Below, piece after piece: positions 19,601 to 27,219 of a DNA stretch of 64,000 nt (position 1 is the first letter of the stretch; every line of letters starts with the position of its first letter). The DNA is from a virus, in the IMG/VR virus record IMGVR_UViG_3300034375_010798; one strand, written 5' to 3'. A model generated the notes under the pieces. That model was not told the origin of the DNA, searched no databases, and saw only the letters and a program-made list of their open reading frames with translations. The position numbers and the translations under genes are program-made.

Positions 19601-21084
19601 AATCTTGTTTTTGTGGAAAACAAATTGTTTTATGTCAAGAAGGCACAGGCAATGAAATGTTAGCATGTTTTACAAGACACAATAGTGGGAATGCTGATAA
19701 TCACTTCCATAAAATAGATGTAAATCCGGATAATAATTTAGTTACGTTAACCTCTAGTGGAACTAATGCTGGTGGTTATTGTATGTTTTGTTATGTAAAC
19801 TCTAATTGTTTTACTGCAAGTGTTATTGTTAAAGGCCCGATTTTATGTGCAACTACACAGGTTACAGCGCCTCAAGGTTTCTTTTCATCAGCTACTATAC
19901 CTCTTGCTATCCAAGATCCCGGTGTAGCTACGTATTACTGGTGTTTCCCTAACAATGATACTGTATCTTTTCATCCTAACACTACATCTACAAAAACTCT
20001 TTATTTCTGTAACGCTGGAACTGGATCTATGAACGTTTGTGTTGAAGGGTGTGTAAAAACTCCTGTTTTTTGTGCAACTAGTTGTTCTTATATTGGCGAA
20101 TCACGTATGGGTGCAGGTTTCTCTACATACACAAACGATGGTTTGTTTAGTAGTGATGCAAGACCTTCTTCTATGGGTCTTCCTAATGGATCAGAAATGA
20201 TATTTGGTTATTACTCTGCCGGGAATGGCTTTTATTGGGGTCGTGTGGCTCATAGATCGCATGTTGACAGTCTGGGTGTATATGGGTCGTCTGGTTCTAT
20301 ATATTGTCAATCATGGGGCGCACGCAGTGCCAACGTTTTTACTGTAGAAATAGCAGGAACTGATAGATTAAAGGTTGATGCTAATGGTGTGTGTATTATT
20401 GGTCATTTAAATTCTAATCCAACGGGATTGTATAATGTTGTATTAGGGCCAAATAATTTTGGTAACTCAACAACAGGTTCAACTAGTAATGTTGTTGTTG
20501 CGGATGGTGCGGCGTTGGGTGTTACAGATACAGACAATAGTGTTTTTATTGGGAAAGGATCTGGTGGCGTAAGTGGGATAAATACAGAATTGCAAACAGG
20601 AACTGGTAATGTTTTTATTGGTTACGGCGCAGGCCCAGATGCGGCTGCATCTAATTATCAAGTTGTTATTGGTGGTGATTATGCTGTTGGTAAAGGCAGC
20701 CAGACCTCTTTCTTGGCCCCTAGCTCCGGAGCTTATCAAGGAAACAATTCTGCATCTTGGTCAACTACATCTGATGAAAGATTAAAAAAGAATATTGTTG
20801 ATAATTATCAAGGGATAGAGTTAATAAGTCAAATTAGAGTAAGAAATTTTGAGTATAGATTAGAAGATGAAATAGATGATGAGTTTAAACAACAAAAGAT
20901 ACAAAGAGAAGGTATTCAAATAGGTGTTATAGCTCAAGAGTTACAAGAAATATTCCCAGACGCAGTAACAGAAAAATCAAGTGGTTTGTTGTCTGTAGAT
21001 AATGATGAGTTGTTTTGGTATATGATAAATGCAATAAAAGAACTTAACGATAGAGTAGAACAATTAGAAAACCAAACACAATAG
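16630..21084 (+). CDS. Tail fibre protein with Cys-rich segment and C-terminal peptidase S74 chaperone
   Basis: 1484 aa; GNxGIG repeats; TSDERLKKNI...GVIAQEL...INAIKELN C-terminus; 25 Cys in 266 codons at 19288-20085. Confidence 0.85.
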   Translation: MAINSLSTLTEFPSLWSQNGTSIYYNSGNLGIGLSNPGFNLDVVGDINFSGDLLQNGVVMTFGQFDTDGDGTSIVYNNGGEVVLDKIRSNTLGDGVFTIRDCTNSTGKWQNRIGTDDSYNLDYYNGSSWSNCVFVDTIGLNVNATSGERLSIRNASGISNNEDLGGVSWMQEGSTGTVVGNIFMLGDSDGGTTGRGKMFFGVRGNDSNQSAICQMSLDSFGNVNIGGNFNSSSKLYVGKTSWGINEANPLVNFAVTASGTNGSGSYTSRIMKLYSDGSFTSEVDNDDNIIGLEIEMDVTGPVNKIPLRITGDNNYNYDFTSQSNGVTPGTRLDMFVGSSAGDFSFSNSGGELLRIKGSGNVGIGTDSPEHTLHVRGSGNGAVIEVEDTAANGNPVFRLKNDAQEWQWQLRGAESDSLVAWDVTGVTGRLYLTTAGNLGLGASSPVNFSNQTSLTVNGTSVGRVDVKASGSGGGAMFGTSSALTMQANSGVALNLDSASGQPITFQVGSSEKARITSAGVMQVGGQTGTLKLGNDGTYHGTIEWEYANNELAHTINNVGVHTFNTNGKEVARFTQSTSNSGGLILKSNAGNDLIAMGAEGSGGNEENGFIAGYQNGTQKFSIGATTGPTWFNTGQNFGIGTDSPSYPLHIARSAGSTCTLLNLQSCTNSSEGNRVQLAFSSQVALDSQTRINAAIDSITHSVAYSHYGDLAFLTMNAAVLTEKMRITSDGKVGLGSNAPVYLFDMGSGNARNIRVGTRTFIGSGYSGSSTILGYNVIADESTTATNRMIITETSTGNGLPAAINMFAGNMEFHTAPSGTINDEMSCLRLRIINAGTVEIYNAADPDGTEDSLRIYAQDGDSRFTVGNNGANHSAVMKLSNSTGAITHCLNSHGGIACHNGCVISPTVCGSTIVKTKTLCVCEGTLAASHPRVLLNMDACKTDVGSETATCFRVSVNADNNCSIIYTGDTANNPAVLCTTAAHFRACGPIGTQSCFCGKQIVLCQEGTGNEMLACFTRHNSGNADNHFHKIDVNPDNNLVTLTSSGTNAGGYCMFCYVNSNCFTASVIVKGPILCATTQVTAPQGFFSSATIPLAIQDPGVATYYWCFPNNDTVSFHPNTTSTKTLYFCNAGTGSMNVCVEGCVKTPVFCATSCSYIGESRMGAGFSTYTNDGLFSSDARPSSMGLPNGSEMIFGYYSAGNGFYWGRVAHRSHVDSLGVYGSSGSIYCQSWGARSANVFTVEIAGTDRLKVDANGVCIIGHLNSNPTGLYNVVLGPNNFGNSTTGSTSNVVVADGAALGVTDTDNSVFIGKGSGGVSGINTELQTGTGNVFIGYGAGPDAAASNYQVVIGGDYAVGKGSQTSFLAPSSGAYQGNNSASWSTTSDERLKKNIVDNYQGIELISQIRVRNFEYRLEDEIDDEFKQQKIQREGIQIGVIAQELQEIFPDAVTEKSSGLLSVDNDELFWYMINAIKELNDRVEQLENQTQ
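17711..18557 (+). repeat. 22-bp exact direct repeat TTGGCATAGGCACGGACTCGCC flanking an 825-bp in-frame cassette
   Basis: Copies at 17711-17732 and 18536-18557; the enclosed DNA uses more GC-ending codons than its flanks. Confidence 0.9.
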
Positions 21085-21099
21085 AATAAGAGTAATAAT

Positions 21100-24000
21100 A
21101 TGGCCAAGTATAAAAATTTAATAGATATTGGTAATTTAAATATTGATAACAACACACTAACTATTGATTGTGTTAATAACAAAGTTGGCATAGGCACGTC
21201 CGAGCCAACAGCCACTTTAACAGTGGCTGGCCCAAACACTCAAACAAGTCTGGGCGGACCAAATGCACTCAATATTATGGATGGCAATGCTGACAACGAG
21301 TTTGTCACCTTGAATTTTCAAACGGGTGCAGGTGGCCCCTTAGCCGCTATAGGCGCAAAAGCTATTACTACTGGCGTGTATCCCAACACCGTTGGTGAGT
21401 TGCATTTTGCCGTCCAAAAAGGCGCCGCACGATTCACCGCTATGGTTATCGACGAGGATCGACAAGTCGGCATAGGCACGTCAGTTCCCGAAACAAGATT
21501 ACACATCGGTGGGACATCACAATTTATAAAAATGGATTCTGGAGCAACTACTCATTTGTATTTGGGTGGTGAAAATGATTTTTTTGCTCTATCTCACAAC
21601 AGACACCCATCGACTGGAGTGATTGATAACGCTGCTTGTGGTGTAGGTGTAATACAATACGAAAACGCAGTTGGGTGGTCATTTTCCGCAAATACAGGTG
21701 GAGCATTTACTAATCGTATGGTTATACTTAATGATGGCAATGTCGGCATAGGAACGACCTCGCCATCTTCATATTCTGCAGACGCTCGCAATTTAGTCGT
21801 TGCTTCAAGTGGTAATGGTGGGGTGACGATAAAATCTGGAACAACTTCTACGGGTAATATCTTTTTTGCGAACGCTGAAGCATCTGCCTCAAACAATGGC
21901 ATAATCCAGTATAACCACAACACTAAAGAGTTTAGATTTGACAATTACGGAACCAATCAGTTTTACAGTTTTAATATACAGAACAGTGAAAAAATGAGAA
22001 TAACTTGTGCTGGTGATGTTGGCATAGGTAGATTTACCAACTTGCAAGGTAAGTTAGATGTTGATGGTGATTTAAGAGTAACAAGGGAAATCGCAGCTAA
22101 CACCGCTTGGGAAATGATTTCTTTGGGTAGTGATAGAGGTATAGATGATTATGGTGGTTTATATAAAGATTATTGGAGAATAAATGTTGTAACTCCCGGA
22201 CCCACAACCACTGGGGAATCTGATGATCATAGATTTGGTGACTTGCGTTTTTCTGGTGTTACGGGAGCTAACACCACTTACGCAGACAGAATGACGATAA
22301 GATACAATGGCAGGGTTGGTGTAGGTGTTAAGGTTCCAGAAGCTACTTTTCATGTTGAAAGATCGTCCGGAACTACGGAGTATATAGCTAAATTTAAAAA
22401 CTCAACAACAGCTACTCCATATACTGTGTATATTCAAGAACCATCTGGTGCAGCCACTGGATATCCATTATTAAATGTGGCAAGCGGTGATGGATTAACA
22501 TCCTTTCTTCGTATAAATTCTGGCAATGGTCATGTTGGTATAGGTAAATCTCCATCACTAACATATGGAACAGATATAGTTGGTGATGTTAATATAACTG
22601 GAACTTATTATATTAACGGATCACCTTTTGCTGGAGGAGCCAGTCAATGGAGCACTACTGGATCTGATATATATTTTTGGAATCAAGTTGGAATAGGGAC
22701 TGACACAATAGACTCTCAAAATATACTACACTTAAAAGACGCAACAAATGGATATGTAGGTATAAGAATGGAGGGTAGTGGCTCTTATAATCACAATTGG
22801 TCTATATATGCTAGTGGCGATGGATCAGGTAATGAATTCTTAGGTATTTATGATGCAACTCAAAACTTATATAGATTTCAAGTTAATGAACTCGGCAATA
22901 TTGCAATAGGAGTTACTCCTAATGAAAATTGGCTTACCTCATGGCGAGTAATTGAGATAGGGGCAGGTAGTGGATTAGGTGGAACTATTTTTACCAACAA
23001 CGGAGGAGTTTCTGGTCAGATAGGTATAGGTCAAAACTGGTATTATAATCAGAGTGATGGAAATAACAAGTATGTTTATACTGCTCCAGCAAGCGATTAT
23101 ATTCAATATAATGGAACTCACCAATGGAGATCAGCTCCCTCTGGAACATCGGGTAACAATGTAACCTTAACACAAAAAATGTTTATAAATTCTGATGGAT
23201 ATGTTGCAATAGGTAATCATAGCCCATTAGCTCTTCTTCATCTATTGGGATCTTCTGAAGCTTCTAACACCGAAATCAGAATTGAACATAGTCCTTCTTC
23301 AGGCTCCGCCACTTCGAATATTCGTTTTAAGCGCGATGGCGCAGATTTTGCATATGTTGGAGGCGCTGCAGCTAGTATTAGCGGAGCCAGTTTAACGGAT
23401 TTAGGGTTATCTGTTCCGAGTGGAAAGAATATTATTTTTGGAACGAACACGACGGAAAGAATGAGAATAACTAGTTCTGGTCTTGTTGGCATTGGCACTG
23501 ATGATCCAAAAGCTTTATTAAATATTAGAAAAGGAACTGGTGGAACTGACCCTTCTTACGCAGCAGATGATTTGCTTATATTAAGAAATAACACAGCCTC
23601 TGGAGATGGGGCACGCATTAGTATAATAGCAGGTCTTATATCTGATGCCACTATAGGGTTTGGTGATGAAGATTTAAGAGATGCAGGCAGAATAGTTTAT
23701 AATAATATTAATAATTGTTTGAGATTTGGAACAGCAGGTGTTGATGATCGCATGACAATAGATAACACTGGTAAGGTTTATATTAGAACTGGTGGTTTAT
23801 ATCTTGATGGTTCAAATAATTTATATTTAGGTGACACCTCTGTGAATGGAGCTGCTGCTATTAACCTTCAATCAACAAACAGCAATACTAACTGGCAAAT
23901 AAGACAAAACAATGTTGTTGCTGGTGATTTAACTATTACACCATCAACAGCTGTTGGCGGAACTACATTTACAACGCCAACAATGTCTTTTGTTGATAAT

Positions 24001-26913
24001 AGAGTAGGTATTGGTGTTAATAATCCAAACTCTTCATATAAATTAGATATATCCGGCGATGTCAATATAACCGGAACTTATTATGCTAACGGATCACCAA
24101 TTGCTGGCGGCGGTAACCCTTGGTCTACTAGCGGCTCTGATATATATTATCTTAATAATATATCTGTTGGAACATCGGCCGCGAGTGAGGGTATAAGATT
24201 ATGTGGTAGAATAGTTGCAGGAAGATCTAGTAACAGTTCCGTGGCCACTCTTTGGCAATCAATTACATCAGATAACTCTGCATCAATAACAAATAAATCT
24301 TGTCAAGGATCACTTCTTGTTGCATCGCAGAACGACGCCGTTTCAACTGATTTGCAAGGGTTAACACAAGACCAATGGACGAGCATCGACTTTGCTGGTC
24401 TTTGTTCTGTGGCTGGATCACATGGTGGCGGATTTACAGGCGCGAGAATAGCTGTTCAATATCCTTGTATGGCTCAAGACGGATCGGCTGTTTTAAATAG
24501 TGATTTTGTTTTCTTACCAACAGATACATCTAACAACTTTTTTGAAGCTATGAGAATTGTTGGAAGAAATGGCAGCGTTGGCATTGGCCAAGATTCTCCG
24601 GAAGTTCGTCTTGATGTTAGAAAAGATGAAACTGTAAATTTTGCACCTAATAATGACCAAAGAATAAGAGCACAAATTGTTGCTAGAAACAATAATGAAA
24701 CTGCGGAGGATTTTTCTAGTATTAGTCTTGTTACAGGAGCTGGCCTTCAAGCTGAATGGTCTATCAATAATATTTATAAATCTGCTTATAATGGTGATTT
24801 ATCTTTTAAAACAAGAGCTGGTGGTGGCAACGCTGATTGGCGTGAAAGAATGAGAATAACTAATAGCGGAAATATTGGTATAGGTATTGATTCACCAACA
24901 ACAGAAAATGGAAAAGTTTTACATGTAAACGCAGATGTTGCTGATACTCAATCTAGACTACATATGACAAATATAGCAACTGGAACTGCAGACACGGATG
25001 GATTTTATATAACTGTTTTAGGTAATGAAAGTGGCTCGGCCTCTGGTCAAGTTCATTTTCAAAACCATGAAAGTAATGATATGAAATTTGTTTTTGGTAG
25101 TGGTGGTTCTGCTAAATGTAGGTTTACTATTAATTGTGATGGTCATGTGGGTATAGGAACTCCGCATGTTCCAAATTATATGTTTTCAGTATATAATGAT
25201 CGCGATCAAACAATAACAAAAACAGCAGAAATATGCACTTATTTTGGAGAACCAGCTGGTGCCGGAACTGGCGCTGTTACGGCTTATTGTAAAACTCTTG
25301 AACTATATTCAACATATGTTTGTATGCCAACGGGTGTTATTGATGATGGATACAGAGTTGGATTAGGGGTTCAAAGTTATATTAACAATAGTCAGTTTGT
25401 TGGAACTTTAAAAGATGTTTGGGGTGTTTGGGCAAGAGCTGGTTCTAATACAACTAATCCCACAGGAACTATATGTTGTGCGGTATCAGTAAAAATTGAC
25501 ACATTAAAAGGAGCTAACACAACTATAAATCATCAGTATGGAATATATCAAAGCGGTGATAATAGTGAAGCTAAAAACTATTTTGATAATCGTGTAGGTA
25601 TTGGTAACACTGAACCGTGTTGTGTTTGTTTGGCAGTATCTAAATCAAACTCAAATACAAATTTTACATCTGGTGGGCATAATGTATTACAAGTAGCAAA
25701 CCCAGACACAACAGCATGTAATATGGCATCTATTTCTTTTTGGGATGGCGATGCAACTAACCCCTTTGGAAGTGCTACTATTACAGCTAGATTTTGTAGA
25801 GACAATATGGCTACTGATCTTATGTTTTCTACAAGAGATAATACTGGAAGTTCTCAGATAAGAATGAGGTTAGATAAGTTTGGTTCACTTCTTGTGGGAA
25901 CTAATGCGGTTGGATTATGCACTGGGAGCCTTGTTACTAAATGCTGTGCAGCATTACAAATTATGAACACATCAACTAGTAATGCGACTCCGGGAATTTC
26001 TGTAACCAGATTTTGCGCAGACGCCGTTGGGGCTTATATATCTTTATCTAAATCTAGAAGTAATACAATAGGAACATTATCATATCCTTTATCTGGAGAC
26101 ACTATTGGGGTTGTGTCTTTTGACGCAGCATGTCCAACTGGTAATATAATAGCTCCAGTAGCTCAAATACAATCCCACGCCGCGGCAAATCACTCTGACG
26201 GTGCTGGCGGAGGGAGTTTGGAGTTTTATACTGATCAACGAGGTAATGGAACTGGAAATCTCTTACAAAGAATGTGTATACATGATCAAGGAGCTGTGTA
26301 TTTTAGAGATGGAGGTGTGGCTTCAACACACAAAGTTATTATTGCAGGCGATCAAGATTTATCAACAATAGCGGATACTCCATCACCTACGGGTCAACCA
26401 TTGGTTGTAGCTAGAGATACTGGAACTGATGTATCTATTGCTACTGGTGGAAATATATGTATTAATAGTGGTTATGGTGTTGTTTTTGGAGCAAATGGGG
26501 AAGTATTAGATTCATACGAAGAGGGATCATGGACACCAACAATAAATGGAACGATAACTAACCCAACTGTAAATTATACAACAGCGTGTGGTAGATATAC
26601 AAAAATTGGTGATACTGTTTTTCTTGCTGGTTATGTTTTTGTAACAGCTGGTAATTTAAGTGGTGGTGCGGGAAATATATTAATTGGGAACTTACCCTTT
26701 AATATAAAAACTCTTCACGATGGGGCATACCAAGCACTACCGTTGGGTTATGCAAGAGCTAATGGCGCTGCTATTTTAGCTGACACATCCGAAACTCACC
26801 CAAGACTACAAGCAAACCTCGCAACACAATTAGAATTATATGGAACAAATAAAACTAATTGGGGAGGTGGATTATACGAAATAAGTTTTTTTGGAACATT
26901 GAAAACGGCTTAG
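21100..26913 (+). CDS. Long tail fibre protein
   Basis: 1937 aa; MAKYKNLID anchor; more than a dozen GxVGIG / E(R/K)MRI modules; C-terminal YEEGSWTP...GRYTKIG...NLPF tip domain. Confidence 0.85.
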   Translation: MAKYKNLIDIGNLNIDNNTLTIDCVNNKVGIGTSEPTATLTVAGPNTQTSLGGPNALNIMDGNADNEFVTLNFQTGAGGPLAAIGAKAITTGVYPNTVGELHFAVQKGAARFTAMVIDEDRQVGIGTSVPETRLHIGGTSQFIKMDSGATTHLYLGGENDFFALSHNRHPSTGVIDNAACGVGVIQYENAVGWSFSANTGGAFTNRMVILNDGNVGIGTTSPSSYSADARNLVVASSGNGGVTIKSGTTSTGNIFFANAEASASNNGIIQYNHNTKEFRFDNYGTNQFYSFNIQNSEKMRITCAGDVGIGRFTNLQGKLDVDGDLRVTREIAANTAWEMISLGSDRGIDDYGGLYKDYWRINVVTPGPTTTGESDDHRFGDLRFSGVTGANTTYADRMTIRYNGRVGVGVKVPEATFHVERSSGTTEYIAKFKNSTTATPYTVYIQEPSGAATGYPLLNVASGDGLTSFLRINSGNGHVGIGKSPSLTYGTDIVGDVNITGTYYINGSPFAGGASQWSTTGSDIYFWNQVGIGTDTIDSQNILHLKDATNGYVGIRMEGSGSYNHNWSIYASGDGSGNEFLGIYDATQNLYRFQVNELGNIAIGVTPNENWLTSWRVIEIGAGSGLGGTIFTNNGGVSGQIGIGQNWYYNQSDGNNKYVYTAPASDYIQYNGTHQWRSAPSGTSGNNVTLTQKMFINSDGYVAIGNHSPLALLHLLGSSEASNTEIRIEHSPSSGSATSNIRFKRDGADFAYVGGAAASISGASLTDLGLSVPSGKNIIFGTNTTERMRITSSGLVGIGTDDPKALLNIRKGTGGTDPSYAADDLLILRNNTASGDGARISIIAGLISDATIGFGDEDLRDAGRIVYNNINNCLRFGTAGVDDRMTIDNTGKVYIRTGGLYLDGSNNLYLGDTSVNGAAAINLQSTNSNTNWQIRQNNVVAGDLTITPSTAVGGTTFTTPTMSFVDNRVGIGVNNPNSSYKLDISGDVNITGTYYANGSPIAGGGNPWSTSGSDIYYLNNISVGTSAASEGIRLCGRIVAGRSSNSSVATLWQSITSDNSASITNKSCQGSLLVASQNDAVSTDLQGLTQDQWTSIDFAGLCSVAGSHGGGFTGARIAVQYPCMAQDGSAVLNSDFVFLPTDTSNNFFEAMRIVGRNGSVGIGQDSPEVRLDVRKDETVNFAPNNDQRIRAQIVARNNNETAEDFSSISLVTGAGLQAEWSINNIYKSAYNGDLSFKTRAGGGNADWRERMRITNSGNIGIGIDSPTTENGKVLHVNADVADTQSRLHMTNIATGTADTDGFYITVLGNESGSASGQVHFQNHESNDMKFVFGSGGSAKCRFTINCDGHVGIGTPHVPNYMFSVYNDRDQTITKTAEICTYFGEPAGAGTGAVTAYCKTLELYSTYVCMPTGVIDDGYRVGLGVQSYINNSQFVGTLKDVWGVWARAGSNTTNPTGTICCAVSVKIDTLKGANTTINHQYGIYQSGDNSEAKNYFDNRVGIGNTEPCCVCLAVSKSNSNTNFTSGGHNVLQVANPDTTACNMASISFWDGDATNPFGSATITARFCRDNMATDLMFSTRDNTGSSQIRMRLDKFGSLLVGTNAVGLCTGSLVTKCCAALQIMNTSTSNATPGISVTRFCADAVGAYISLSKSRSNTIGTLSYPLSGDTIGVVSFDAACPTGNIIAPVAQIQSHAAANHSDGAGGGSLEFYTDQRGNGTGNLLQRMCIHDQGAVYFRDGGVASTHKVIIAGDQDLSTIADTPSPTGQPLVVARDTGTDVSIATGGNICINSGYGVVFGANGEVLDSYEEGSWTPTINGTITNPTVNYTTACGRYTKIGDTVFLAGYVFVTAGNLSGGAGNILIGNLPFNIKTLHDGAYQALPLGYARANGAAILADTSETHPRLQANLATQLELYGTNKTNWGGGLYEISFFGTLKTA

Positions 26914-26960
26914 CACATACTTTAATAGAGTTATATTTATTATAAAAGTGGAGAAAAAGT

Positions 26961-27218
26961 ATGTTTGAAAAAATAATTAAGGTTGATTCTATAGAAATTA
27001 TTGGTGATTATAAAATAATACAATACAGAATTGCAACTATAGTTTTAGAGGATAACAAACAAATATCAAAAACATTTCATAGAAATACTATTGCTCCAAA
27101 TCATGATTTACAAGAAATACCTAAAGAAGTAAAAGATATAGCTATGTTTGTTTGGACAGATGATATAAAATCATTATATAAATTACATTTAGAAGATGTA
27201 AATAATTCTAAGGTATAA
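26961..27218 (+). CDS. Putative tail fibre assembly chaperone / tip-associated protein
   Basis: 85 aa; GGAG RBS; VDSIEI...IQYRIATIVLED...SKTFHR...VWT pattern typical of small genes following YEEGxWTP-type fibres. Confidence 0.55.
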   Translation: MFEKIIKVDSIEIIGDYKIIQYRIATIVLEDNKQISKTFHRNTIAPNHDLQEIPKEVKDIAMFVWTDDIKSLYKLHLEDVNNSKV

Positions 27219-27219
27219 T

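Noticed and set aside
19288-26589. Reassignment of TGT/TGC codons, or stop-codon recoding
   Set aside because: Cys is used at expected catalytic and Zn sites (HNH, chaperone CxxC, carbamoyltransferase); Cys replaces many different residues; genes are full length in the standard code and end in TAA, TAG and TGA
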